Under the pieces are notes generated by a model. That model saw nothing but the letters and a program-made list of their open reading frames with translations, did not search any database and had not been told where the DNA came from. A stretch of 64,000 nucleotides of DNA. Origin: Diadema antillarum (lineage: Eukaryota). The stretch covers positions 3,100,001 through 3,164,000 of the forward strand of contig NW_027271598.1 in assembly GCF_040938485.1 (NCBI RefSeq). The letters are read 5' to 3'. Positions 26,101 through 37,435 of this stretch are shown here, piece by piece; within the stretch, counting starts at the first letter, position 1; the number at the start of each line of letters is the position of its first letter. The translations under genes were made by a program, and so were the position numbers.

Positions 26101-28992
26101 TTAGGTGCATTGAGAAATTTGCAACTCATATGAGTATATACTCGAACAGTAATTTTCACCATGCCTCTACACATCTCTGCCTAGACTTCAGCTTCTCTCA
26201 GTAAGGTCGGCAACATTGTTTTAGCAGTCTTGAAGCAAGAAAAAGAAAGAATGATCATGCTATGCGAGGGTACTAGGTATATGATTTTGTCAGCAGATAT
26301 TATTATCATTGTGGAAGTAAGATAAACACGTGCTTTTTGCCAAATGACATTTGCAGTGAAACAAACAAAAACAAGATAAAACTTGAAACCGATCATTGTC
26401 GCGTAGTGGCAGCATGGCAGGCAGCCGCTTGTTATTTCATTACTCTGTCCGCATGCTTGTGTGGATGGTCTCAACAGGTTTTGGGTTTCCATGTCGCCCT
26501 GGGGAAATATAGGTCATGAAAATTTACATTTTCATCAGGGCATGCCTGTGTGTTTACACAAGGGTTGAAAAGAAAAGTTTCAATAGAGGGTTTCTGTTTC
26601 ATTCTTCTACATGTTTTTTTTTTGTTTTGTTTTTTGTTTGTTTGTTGTTTTTTTACTTTAGAAACCATATTTGGCTTGATTAAAGTGGGTTCAATCAGGG
26701 TGGTTCAAGAGATAAATGATGGCTATCAGTATGGATATTGTGATAAGAATGTGAGAATGAGAGGCAGCAAAAGTATGTCATGATATAAAAGCAGCGTTTT
26801 TATGATTTCCTTTCAAATAAGAAAAAATGATCTATAGGAATGGACACATAGCAAAGTATATTGTGCAGCAAAAAGAAAAAAGAAAGAATGAATTAGTTGA
26901 TAGCCACAAGAATGAATTGTAGTCTGTTGATCTCAGTATATTTTTAGTAAGAAAGTGACATGTTCACATTCAAATCAGTAGGGAAAAGTGTGCAATTATA
27001 CATGCTTTTGTTTGCATGTAGTCAAAATATTTCAGTGTGGATAGCAGACTGTACTAGAGAAAGAGCTTGTACATTTTGACATGATGGTACCATGGGTGTA
27101 TGCAAGGGGGGGTCGGGAGGGTCGTACGACCCCCCCCCCCCCCAAATTTTCAAGAGGTCCACTTTTTGTAAAAGACATTTTTTTTTGAGGGCTTTTTACT
27201 CTATATAGGCCTACAACAGGAAAAAAAAAAGTGACCAGGTGGTGTTCCAGCAAATTGTCAAAAACCTCGTAAATTTTGTAACTTAGTTTTAGTATGCCAT
27301 AATTTACCTTATTTCTAAGCTGCACTGCCATGCCGAAAAAGTCACTTTTGTATGCACCAAATTGCCCCATTTTAAGATATAGAATTCAAAAACTCCCTAC
27401 CGTGGAAGGGGGGACACCCCCCTCCCACACCCTCCCCCCGCTCGGTCGCTCCGCTCCCTCGCAAAGGTAAAGGTCCAAAAATTTTGGTTACGACCCCCCC
27501 AGAAAAAATCCTGGATACACCCCTGGGTACATACCTACTATGAAGCGACATTTGTATCGGATTAGATTCAGCCCAAAGCTGATTTGATGAGATTGTTGAA
27601 ACTCCATGATGTACACCTTTCTAGAGATGATGTCTCTTGAATCAGCTTCCTACTAAAGGCCAAAACGTTACCTCCTTTCAAACATTTATAAGAGGGTCAT
27701 ACATATCTCTTTAACAATAGAATAGGTCAACTGGATATCCCTTTATAGTATAAGGATATCACCCTCTTTTTCATTATACTGTAATGAATGTTGTTTTTTT
27801 TTTTAATCATCATAGACTGATAGTTTGCATTTGAATATTTACACACAATATTGCCATGGTTTTGTCTATTGCTACGTGTACAACTGGATGTCCTTGATTT
27901 GTTTCTTTGTGTATTTCAAAGTGATTGTTACTTTGTTATTTTGTCGCAGGGCCTCAAGAATAACCGTGAATAAGCAACTTACGGGGCTACCCTGGGTAAA
28001 GAATGATGAATAACTGACTAAATAGAACAATTAGAGGATAACAAATCAGGAAATACAGCAAAAGGGCTTAATTTCAAATATTGGCTTACATTTCAGAAGT
28101 GATTTTATGTTTTGGCTACTTCCTGTTTCAATCTGATATTCTACCTGATGTCAAATCACTGAGAGGGAGCAGAAATCAGTGTGAAAACTTCCTGAGTGTA
28201 ATAGATGCCGAGATGTGATTGAAGTGAGCAGTCGTGATGACTCTGCCACTCGCATTGTCGTCGCTGGACCGATGGTGGGCTTTTCATTCATTACCCAGCC
28301 CGGCTATCATCTAACCCCCTAATCATTTTAGCAGCACGGATGATGTCGCCATGACGATGACACGTCACTGTGAAGGAATGTGTTTTTGTTTTTGATTTTG
28401 TTTTTATTTTTATTTTTTTAGATTGGTGCCTACGAGTTGCCTTCTCATTGAACTTCACTGGACGTGGGAGTCATTTGTTATGGTCTAGGGGCACTCTCTC
28501 TCTCTCTCTCTCTCTCTCTTCCCCCCCCCCCCCCCCCCCCAACATTTCCCTGCTAGGTTAATCTCTATTTAAGTTCACGGGGAGGCTAATGCATATTTTC
28601 CAAATTTAATTGCTTCAGTTGGATAGACCCTAAATTTTGATGGATTTATTGTGATCCTCTTTCTGAGTGGATTCTAATTTGTCTCAAAAGAATTTCTCTT
28701 TTATTTCCTAAACTTTGCTATTAATATATTTTTTATATTATCATGACTTAATCTTGTATTAATAGAATCTTTAGTTATGCTGTATTTGTAGTCAGTAATG
28801 CCTCAAATGTGCTTGAAATTTCATACCATCTCATTATGGGAGGGGATAGGCTTTTAATTGCATGGCCTGTGTACGCAGATACATATACCGGAGGAGCATT
28901 TAATTGCATTACTGTAGAATAATGTGCATATTTGCATTAGTCTGAATTTCTGTCACAGATATGCTTACTTTCAGTTTGTGGTTTCTTCTCGT

Positions 28993-29052
<60 letters not shown>

Positions 29053-32000
29053 GGGGGGGTGGAGATTGAAGATTAAAGGAGACATTGCAGTTGCTGTATT
29101 GCTTTGGCAAAATACTTGTCAGCTAAATTTAGTTTCAGACCCAAATCTGGAATCAACTATCCAGCTAGCTTTTCGACAAGCGATGTCTGTCTGTATGCAT
29201 GGCGCTCTGTCGATATGCAGCAAACAGCTTGCACTGGCCATCTTTATAGATTGCCACAGTTGCCAATGCCACAAAAAGCTACACCTGTAGACTTTTCCTG
29301 AAATGCAGCAGATGCGAGTGGAACATTTGGCGGGGCAGATCGATGTTGGACGAGCAAGAGGCCGAAAGTGTTGGGATGACAAATGACCATCTAAAGACAG
29401 CCATCATCAAACTGGCCAGCTGGTAGCCAAGGGTGATTTAGGAGTCATGGGAAGACTGTCATATCTGCTTTTTTAATGTGCACTCCAGATGTGCCTCTTC
29501 CTAGCAAATGGAATATTCTTCAGCCATGTTCACACAATATCTTACCATCGATGATGGCTAATATCCACGATGGGTGAAGTCGCTCTTTTTGTAACTGCAA
29601 GCTCTTTCACATGGTGTGTGTTGGTGTTATTACTCTAAAAGCTGTTAATTTTGCAAACGTTTGATTTTCAAGAATTTTGCAAGCATATCATGCTCTAATG
29701 GAGTAAATGGACAGGCATTGGTGCACTTACAAGCCTTGGTGTCAATGCGTGGAAACAGCAGCTCGCGAAAATGTTTGAGGCCTCCTCATTCCCAAAAATA
29801 TTCTGTACATGAAAATAAGAGCTTTTACAGTAAGTCTTGTAATGTTAAACCATGGTTAAACCGACCAGCTTTTAATGTCGTTTTGTCTAAATTCTAACCT
29901 TTTTTTTTTGTTACAACATGAATGGCACATGCAGCACCGCATAAGTTCTAGATTCTCCAGAGTTTTAGGTTTGCTGTCTTATCATATCTATAGACAAGTT
30001 AGAAAGTGATTGGCAGAGAGAGAAGGTGTGAGATGAGAGAGAGAAAGGGAAAGAGAAAGGGCCTGGCTGTCGGCCAGAAAATGATGGCTGGTTTCAAGAA
30101 GGTCATTGCTAGGATTTCAGCTCCACAGACTGGGATGATGTTAACCTCACTTCAACCTTCTATGTCCTTGTGCCAAAAGCATCATCCTTCTTCTGCACTT
30201 TGATGATGGTGGCGTTTTACAGCTGTCATTCTCCTTGCATGTGCTTCCTCGCAGACACATAGATGCTTATCTTTGATTTCTTACATTTTTTTTTCTTCCT
30301 TTTTAAGCATTTCTCCCTTATTCGTGTGATGCAAACATATCAACACTCTGAAGTTACATGGGAATCAAAATGCGAATGTGGTGTAGCCGTTTCTTGCCGC
30401 ACAAACAACAATTGTATGTGGTATGTCACTTTTGATGTCACTGGTAATGTTATTATGTAATGTGGTGTTGATTTCTCTGATATACCATTCATTCCAGTTA
30501 GTGTTGTACTAATGCTGATTGAGACCACTTCCTTCACATGAATGTGCAATTTGTGCCAGTGTGTACATTCAGCCAGATAGAGCAGTAGTGTATGTGTGTC
30601 GGTGTGACCGAATTGGCATACATATAGATGTTGGCACTGTTGTTAATACAAACATTGCCGACATACATATGAGGGCATTGTATGTTAATTCTAATAGCTT
30701 TCACACACTGAATAATTTGTAAAGTTCAAATTCTGGGCTGAGTATTTCACACCTCCACTCCGTCCACGGCAAGAGTTTAATGGGTTCCACCGAAAATGGG
30801 CCAAAGGTTTGATGAATTACCTGCATTATTTCTCGCAAGTTGATGCGACCGACACCTACGTGGTGCGACCATGGCAGGGGAATCCATCAAAATCGAGGTA
30901 TCTTCCAATTCCAGGGGCAAAATGATCTCTGCGTTGGAAAGATGATACCCATTCCCAAGGACTTCCTGTTGTCAGTGAGTAATGTTTTAATCGGGTCAGG
31001 TGACTGAACGCTGATCACGATTTCTGCCCCGCCTTCCACCACCCAGTAAACTGGTCACGTCCGTCGAAAGCCAACGCCGGGCTGCCTGGACGGCGGCCAA
31101 GTCAGCCTTTCTGATGACAGTGAGACTGAAGTGGTCGGCATCATTAGCTCGGACAAGTGCTGGAGATCATTTGATAAATATTTGTCTTTCTGTCGGAGAA
31201 ACGGTGTCGGTTGATGGCTGACTGTGTGTAACCTTTCGTTCTCCGCATCTCCGCCCCATTTGCACATTTTTGAGGTTAAAGTGACCGAAAGATGTATCTG
31301 TTTCTGTTGATGTTTAGGGAGGTTCTGGCGCCAACTGGCCAAGCCCGCCATCCTGGTGCAGTATATTGCCACTTTCGTAATGCAAAAAGTGACATAAAAT
31401 CACCATGCCATTCCTAATTTTTTATCTCACAGATACATTATGACCCTGTGTAACATCATTTATCATGTACTTACAGTAAGGGAGTTCTGTGTTGTTTTTC
31501 TGACAAGTAGATGTTTCTTTTTTTAGATCTTGGTATTTTGCAATTTCTGCACCAGCTTATTGTCTGGATCCCGAGTCTGAATTAATTCACATTCATTTGT
31601 AAGTTGTCGGTATTAAAGTGGGACGAGGATGGACAAATGTTTTTGTCTTCAAAGAGAATGTTTTTGTTTTAGTGATGTGCCTTGCATTTGAATATATTTT
31701 GAAAGCTTTTAATTGTACCATACCGCTTTCATGCTATGGAAAGATTCTGGAGCACTCAGGAGCAGAACAGATGGAAATCTAATCTAGGTCTTTTCATGCT
31801 TTTGGAAGCAATTCCTGGCAATTCATGATAATATTTTAACCCGTTGAGGACGGGCTGATTTTGCTAAAACACGCATTTCCCATAGACACCTGCCCGAGTA
31901 TACTCGGGACTTGTCCTCAATGGGTTAGTGGCAGGTTTCAGTTGCTGTGGTTAACCGTTATCACTCTCACACACGTGGCTTGCAAAGGTTCAACATAGTT

Positions 32001-35000
32001 AAGTTGAAATGCCGTTTGCACACATAAAAAAAGTGGAATTACGCGTATGAGATATGATAAGTGCTTCATACAGTGAAAGGCAGCTTTAAAAAAAAAAAAT
32101 CATGCCTATAACATATTAGATTATATACCAGCACAAGGTTGACAAAATATTTCAAGGTCATCACAAACTTGATATTGCTGTTGTTTTTTAATCTGCTCTA
32201 ATCGTCATGCAGCATTCATGCCTTTACGAAGCGGAAAAGGTTAGTGTGGATGCGTGCACCATCAGAGATCTTGTGAAGACCATTCTAAATGAAACTGTCT
32301 TATTGGCTATAAAGTTTCTTGTCATTATGACCATACTTGATATGAGAGTTTCAGTTTTGTTTGCACTTTCCCCCCGGAAGTTTGTGCATTTCCCATATAC
32401 ATCTCTTTTAGAAAACAAAACTCCAATCTCCCGCGTCTTTTTCTCCATCTCTGTACATTGTATGTGTTGTTTTGCTCTTCTGGCACACAACTGACCCCTG
32501 TCCGGGACAAGTCAGTGACCATGGGGAGACGAAAGCACGTGTGAACGCTTTTTCCTCCTGCGCAGGATGGAGGCACGGTGATGTCGTTAGATGAACACCC
32601 CCCTCCCCCCCCCCCCCACGACTGACTGTCCAGTGGTTAACTCATTAAAATCTGACTGCTAGTAGAAGGTGATGGAGGTTAATGCGAATGCCAAGCAAAT
32701 CATCTGTGTTAAGAAATGATGGGCATGCAGAGTCATCCTTAAATGGCGAAAAATTTTTCTCCCGTAATTGGACGAGTGTTTGGTATATCAGATCTTGGTT
32801 TTGATCGTTTGGAGTGGAGATACCAAAGAGATACCAATACATCTGATGTGTTACGCAATTACTCAGCAAGTATACATTGCATGTATAATTACAGTGCCTT
32901 TTAAGGTCATAGGTCATAATGAAATATATACTTGTTTGTTGTAAAGACTACTGGAAGACACACATAAGGACTCTATGGAAATAGAGTCCTTTATGTTGAA
33001 GTAAAGAAAGTAAAAAAAAGAATAGACATCTACACTCAGATGCAAATAGAACCCCCGCCCCCCACACACACACACAAAGTAATGAATATCTTCTTTGCAG
33101 ATAATTTCATTTTTCAGTTGTGCTACAATATGCTCTTCTATAAGCAACTCCCAATTAAACAAAGTCCTTAGGATCCTCAGTTTTGATTTGTTACCTTAAA
33201 ATTTCATTAAAGGTCCTGTTTACCTTTGGGAACAGTGATCTAAAAAAAATCAAGATACGACATTTAATGCATGTATGTAGGTCTGTTGTACCACAAAAAT
33301 CCTATCATATAAAATTTTCACGATAAAGCCTAAAATATAAGGAGATGTCTGTATTTTTCTCAGTAAACCGTAACTGTAGACGGTTTAGTCTGGAATTTTT
33401 TTTTTTAATTTTAACTATTGTTCACATTTTGTATATCTAACAATATTTAACATTGATTTTACCTATTCAAATTTCTTCAGTGGTTGTTTCTATCTCTAAC
33501 TCACATTTTAGAACTATTTAAAAGCAGTAATGCTGGGTTTTTGTTTCATGTGCAGATGGTAAATTATGCCTTTAAAGCCAGGCAAATAAAGAACACATTA
33601 TGTAAAGATATACAGATAATAATTTTGGGACCCGGATTTTTACTTTGTTGAAACGAAACTGCGTCATAATCATGCTCGTTATAACAGGAGTGCACAGTAC
33701 ATACACACATACACAATGCACTTGTATGAAACCAAAGTTTGTTGGGGTGGGGTGGAGGGAGGATTGAATGCGTGCAGAGTGTGGGTGCTAGCATTCATCC
33801 GCTGAATCTGCTAGTCATCTTGTTCATTCTTACATATCCTGTTGACTAGCAGTGCTTCTTTTGCATGAATATTGAATGAATATAATCACTCATCCTTGCT
33901 ATAGCTTGTACTTGACCAACATTTCAAATCTTTCCACATACAAAAATCTTCTTTCCACACACAAAAATTTCCATTACACATACAAAACTCTTTTTTTTTT
34001 TTCTTCTGGCCAGCCTGGGATAGAATGAAAGGAGTTTCTATCAAAGCCAGAAGAGGAAAAAAATTAAACATCTTTCAAAGCTGTAATCCATTCCTCATGA
34101 TATATGTTTCCTGTCTCTGAAGTTTTTTTTTTTTCTTTTAAAGTGTTTCAGTTTCTGCTCTCTTTCTAATCTATTAGCCAGGACAGTGACATGTTTCCTG
34201 TGATCATCTGCTAGTCCCTTCATATTTATTTTCACGTCTGCAACCATGTTGAGACAAGGCTATCTGTGTGTTCGCCCAAGAAATGACGAGTCTACCTCAT
34301 GTTCGTCGAAGCTAATCTCGGCCCAAATGTTGTCGGGAAGCGCACGCCCTATTTTTCTCCTACAGTCTTAGCCTTGGACATGTTTCCAAGTATCACCTTC
34401 TGGAAATGTGTCCATTTTTTAATTAAGGGGGATGTTAATTAGATTAGCTTACTTGTTTTAATTTTTGAAATATGATAGTAAAGGGAAAAGTATGTGCAAA
34501 TACATGTGCATCATGCCCTTTGGATCATTTGTACTTGTAACAGAGGAGCTACAACTTGTAAGTTCCGCATTACGGCTTTTTCCTGATATTAATTTGCTAC
34601 GTAGGGTAAAGCCCATCCATATTCTCTCACAGTATTCATGTGAGGATAGATACACCTGTACAAGGGCAACATTTCCGTAGGGCAAGAAAGTGAGAAAGAT
34701 TTTTGTATGAATGACCAGTGGGGAAGAAGGGAAGGTATCTTATCACTCACAATTGTGTACTTTGAATAATGTAAATTGCTCTGTCCTTTTCTGCAAGACC
34801 ACACAGATATTAAAGGATGCTACATGTATCTCTTTACCCTGTTCTGTATTTTCTTGCCTGCTCTTGCTGGCTGTAAAGGGATCATTCTATGTCGTTAGCA
34901 TTTGTGCCTTTACAAATACGGATTGAAACACCCTGGGTGTGAAAGGAAAGTGGATGAGCTTATCAATTTTCAAAGGATACTAGTCCTGCAGCCAACATAC

Positions 35001-36042
35001 AAACCCAGGTGCTGCCTGTTTTAGGTCCACTTTGCAAACCACTAAACCATGTTAACCTTCAAGTGATTTACATTGTGGTGTCACGTCGATGTGCAATGAG
35101 GCATTTAACGTGTTGAGGACGAGTCCCGAGTATACTCGGGCAAGTGTCTATGGGAAATGCATGTTGTAGCAAAATCAGCCCGTCCTCAACGGGTTAAGAT
35201 TATTGTAATTCTAAACGACTGAATTGGAATGAGGTCTTTGACTTGTCATTCAGCTATTGAAAGACACTTAAATCACTTCAGGTTTGTTTGTTTGTTGTTG
35301 TTTTTCTTTTCAAGGTCACTTCCTCATCATAGTCTTTTTCTCTCAGTCCTTAAGATTTTAGTGCCCTCATTTCTTCCATGTTTGTTTGTTTTTTGTTTTA
35401 CCACAGTAAATAATCTGCCCAGAGTTGAACAGCTGTTTTTCAGCAAGGCCATGCAGTGCATGATGGTATCAGATGGTATCAGATATAATGAAAACAACAA
35501 AGTAACAGCATGTCTGCCCACCTCAAATTCCCTCATGCTTTAGAGCTTACCCATTTAAAATATGTGTGAAAGTGGACTTTCATCTTGGCCTACTTTTGTG
35601 TGTTTTGAGCTGGACAGTCACATATACCAAAATATGCAACAAATTAGCAAAATGAAATAAAAGAACAAAAAAAGGACTGAGTGTGTGTTTGTGTGTGTGT
35701 GTGTTTATGTGATAATGTGATTTCAGCGTGAGGGCTTACTAAACTGCACAATATCCAAAATAAGATTAGATTTATCTTCCCATTTGACCCCTGAAACTCC
35801 AGGTGACCTTTGATGGTGATGCCACCCTGTGCTGCGCGACGCAGGACAGACACGCCCGCGGCCGCTCCCCCCACCAACCCCTCTCCTGCGGGGGCATCGC
35901 GGGCATCTGCCTGCACTTCTACGACACCGCGCCCAGCGGCCACTACGGGACGATGACCTACCTGGCGCGGGCCGTGGCGGGCCAGCTCAACCTGACGCAG
36001 CACTTTGGCCAGGATGCCAAGGTAGAATGTAAAGTCAGCTGA
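3984..36042 (+). CDS. PHKA1/2: Phosphorylase b kinase regulatory subunit alpha (PHKA1/2-like), 3' portion; 11 coding exons here, 5' exons lie upstream of the window
   Basis: Hand-spliced exons give [99 protein letters not shown] and [16 protein letters not shown] plus a terminal CaaX. These match PhK alpha motifs as I recall them (e.g. [33 protein letters not shown]). All ten intron phases are consistent. Exon total is 1601 nt. Confidence 0.97.
4476..4797. mobile_element. Probable young MITE (CpG-rich island in intron)
   Basis: Abrupt CpG-rich block with weak terminal inverted similarity (tagg..acgtt / aacgt..ctcccta); ends about 27 bp before the 4825 acceptor. Confidence 0.35.
4825..4934 (+). 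CDS. PHKA1/2: PHKA exon ([37 protein letters not shown])
   Basis: acag|CTG acceptor, AA|gtgagt donor, phase 0 to 2; matches the LVLQL...EQADI motif. Confidence 0.95.
5788..5866 (+). CDS. PHKA1/2: PHKA exon ([26 protein letters not shown])
   Basis: ctag|G acceptor, AAG|gtaagc donor, phase 2 to 0. Confidence 0.95.
5904..6100. repeat. Short element with degenerate (TTAGGG)n core and ~30-bp imperfect terminal inverted repeats
   Basis: gggttagggctagggttagagtttgggttagggttagg at about 5994-6060, bracketed by agggcaattaacc... and ...gggtaattgccct. Confidence 0.6.
6445..6681 (+). CDS. PHKA1/2: PHKA exon ([22 protein letters not shown]...VGLPPEPRE...AVLTQ)
   Basis: gcag|AGT acceptor, CAA|gtaagg donor, 79 codons; overlaps track ORF 6472..6708. 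Confidence 0.97.
6718..6810 (+). mobile_element. 85-bp piggyBac-like MITE with TTAA TSDs
   Basis: TTAA|CCCGTTGAGGAC...GTCCTCAACAGG|TTAA, internal palindrome CCCGAGTATACTCGGG; four copies in the window. Confidence 0.85.
6941..7038. mobile_element. Short CAGTGGCGGATCC-type MITE with 5-bp TSD (tacac)
   Basis: tacac|cagtggcggatcca...ttgatctgccccg|tacac. Confidence 0.65.
7125..7483 (+). mobile_element. hAT-like MITE, 13-bp TIR CAGAGACTCCAAC, 6-bp TSD tattca
   Basis: Perfect TIRs, repeated subterminal TCTCCCG motifs, TSD tattca on both sides; carries a GC-rich insert of about 55 bp missing from the sister copy. Confidence 0.9.
8103..8405 (+). mobile_element. hAT-like MITE, same family as 7125-7483, 6-bp TSD agaatg
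   Basis: Same perfect TIRs; TSD agaatg on both sides. Confidence 0.9.
8827..8956 (+). CDS. PHKA1/2: PHKA exon ([43 protein letters not shown])
   Basis: atag|GAA acceptor, G|gtaagt donor, phase 0 to 1. Confidence 0.97.
9396..9494 (+). CDS. PHKA1/2: PHKA exon ([33 protein letters not shown]), ending at a GC donor
   Basis: ctag|TG acceptor in phase 1; CAG|gcaagt donor in phase 1, which the next exon requires. Confidence 0.9.
9557..10413. mobile_element. Harbinger-like TIR element with internal ~400-bp tandem duplication
   Basis: TIR-like gtcacactac.c.aaactatg at both ends; units at about 9605-10005 and 10007-10400 align along their length. Confidence 0.7.
11186..11286 (+). CDS. PHKA1/2: PHKA exon ([34 protein letters not shown]), multiphosphorylation-loop region
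   Basis: gcag|TG acceptor, GCA|gtaagt donor, phase 1 to 0; bridges the flanking exons in frame. Confidence 0.85.
12185..12355 (+). CDS. PHKA1/2: PHKA exon (GSSEKQFSQ...[32 protein letters not shown])
   Basis: gtag|GGA acceptor, AAG|gtaggg donor, 57 codons. Not in the ORF track, read directly. Confidence 0.97.
13211..13317 (+). CDS. PHKA1/2: PHKA exon ([36 protein letters not shown])
   Basis: ccag|TGT acceptor, AG|gttggt donor, phase 0 to 2; contains the TREMT..E.KF motif. Confidence 0.96.
14368..14518 (+). CDS. PHKA1/2: PHKA exon ([50 protein letters not shown])
   Basis: atag|G acceptor, CAG|gtaagc donor, phase 2 to 0. Confidence 0.97.
17145..17194. repeat. (TA)n microsatellite
   Basis: Seen directly. 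Confidence 0.98.
22770..24290 (-). mobile_element. Kolobok-like MITE (family of 33207/40364) interrupted by a HINE
   Basis: TTAAAGCCACT...AGTGGCTTTAA ends. 22770-23096 and 24247-24290 together match the reverse complement of 40364-40731. Confidence 0.85.
23097..24246 (+). mobile_element. Non-autonomous Helentron-type element (HINE/DINE-1/pearl-like)
   Basis: 5' tttttATGCCTCCGCC subterminal repeat, (GTCC)n microsatellite, repeated aaggtcaaaggtca core, 3' GGCGGAGGCAT inverted copy, hairpin GTCGC-ctta-GCGAC, then CTAG inside a T run. Confidence 0.88.
24908..25130. other. Assembly gap (others at 44851-44993, 47291-47480, 48880-49026, 50689-50834, 51879-52017, 61905-62052)
   Basis: Runs of N. 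Confidence 1.
25249..25574. mobile_element. PIF/Harbinger-like MITE with TAA TSD
   Basis: taa|AGCCCACCGCACACTACACGAT...ATCGTGTAGTGTGCGGTGGCCT|taa; CpG-rich palindromic interior. Confidence 0.85.
27091..27525. mobile_element. CA..TG MITE with 5-bp TSD (ggtac)
   Basis: ggtac|catgggtgtatgcaagg...cctggatacacccctg|ggtac. Confidence 0.8.
28997..29049. repeat. (TG)n microsatellite
   Basis: Seen directly. Confidence 0.98.
31836..31928 (-). mobile_element. 85-bp piggyBac-like MITE
   Basis: Reverse complement of 6718-6810; TTAA left, TTAG right. Confidence 0.85.
33207..33575 (+). mobile_element. Kolobok-like MITE (TTAA-AGG...CCT-TTAA)
   Basis: Full-length match to 40364-40731. Confidence 0.88.
35105..35197 (+). 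mobile_element. 85-bp piggyBac-like MITE
   Basis: Near-identical to 6718-6810, TTAA on both sides. Confidence 0.85.
35803..36042 (+). CDS. PHKA1/2: PHKA terminal coding exon ([11 protein letters not shown]...[26 protein letters not shown]...VECKVS*)
   Basis: ccag|GTG acceptor in phase 0, conserved D(S/T)APSG.YGTMTYL motif, CaaX CKVS then TGA. Confidence 0.96.
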   Translation: MTFDGDATLCCATQDRHARGRSPHQPLSCGGIAGICLHFYDTAPSGHYGTMTYLARAVAGQLNLTQHFGQDAKVECKVS

Positions 36043-37429
36043 TTTCCGCACCTGCCATTCTTGAAGGTGCAGGAAAATGGAAACATAAACAAAACAAAAA
36101 CAAATGTGTTTGTTCATATTTTGGGGCAATCTATGTACTCTGTTTTCTACCCGATTTGGTATGTGTGTAAGTTCTCAAGGTACAGAAAATTATGTGTTTG
36201 GATAAAGATAGATAAACATATATAGAGAGAGAGGGAGAGAAAGGCAAAAGGAAATGTGACAGACAGATATAAACAAAGTTGCTGTGTTTGAAATTCAGAA
36301 TTGTGATAATTGCTTTTTATTAAGATGGGTAAAATGAGAGAGAGAGAGAGAGATAGGTAGAGAGTGATGCAGCCGGATGATAGGATGAGTGTGAGATCAA
36401 GAGATAGTGTATGGATAGACAGATGGGCAGATGGATTCAGAAAGAGATGAAAAGGATGGAACAGTGTTTAAAATATGAAGGGGATAAAATAGAAATAGGA
36501 TTAGGAGTTTTGTCATCGCAACGTAATATGAGCTTTCAGCAGAAATTGGTGCAAAGGTGATCTACGTGTTTCACATAGGAGAGTTGGCCATAATGTACTC
36601 GTTGAAATGTGTGTTCTTACATCAGCCATCAAGAGCAGGCACAAGTAGTTTTATCATGGACAGCAGCACTTTAAAAAGTACACTGCATATTTATTGTTGT
36701 ATTTAACAAACAGACAAAATTATGAAGGTTTTTAGTAGCTTTTGGCATAGTCTTTGCTCATGTACTGATATCTTGGCTGGGTTGTGTTTCATGAAATCGC
36801 ATTGAAAGAATGTGCAGTCATGCACGCTTTGATATCTTACCTCATTTTGATTCTTGTGGAGATTTAACACAGATTTATTTGGTTGAATTTTTTTTTTACT
36901 TTTTGAACAATAATTATGATGTTTTTAACAATACAGCTAACAAAACATTTCTGTTTTCGACCATTTGCTTACAAGACTTGTCTGCGTTGTCCAGGCATCT
37001 GGAAGAAGGACAGTATGAAAATTTGTTATGATTTGAAATATACCCAGCCTGTATATTAAGATGAACTGAAATGCTATAGTCGGCTGTTAATGTTGCATGT
37101 TGAGAAGATGTTTTTCATTTTACTGGCTGTGTTAACTTTTCGTGGCACAACTCCTGTGTTGCTTTTTGAAAATGTGTGCATTTTGCTTGTTGCAGGGTTA
37201 GAAGAATGCTGTTGTGTGAGAGAAAAGAAATGCTGCAAGTACGTACATGTATTTACCAGTTACAGAATAGTTTTAAGCCTCCACGTACATTGACGTTAGC
37301 CTTGCCTATTCCACAGCAGACATATTATTGTACATGGTCTAAAATTAAGCAATAATGACAGTAGTTGGATTGTAGCCCAAAGTTAATACTATTCACGTCC
37401 AGATAATTGGATATTACTATTTTTATTTT

Positions 37430-37435
37430 AATAAA
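37430..37435 (+). terminator. Candidate polyadenylation signal for PHKA
   Basis: AATAAA about 1.4 kb after the stop, in AT-rich sequence. No transcript evidence and could be chance. Confidence 0.2.
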
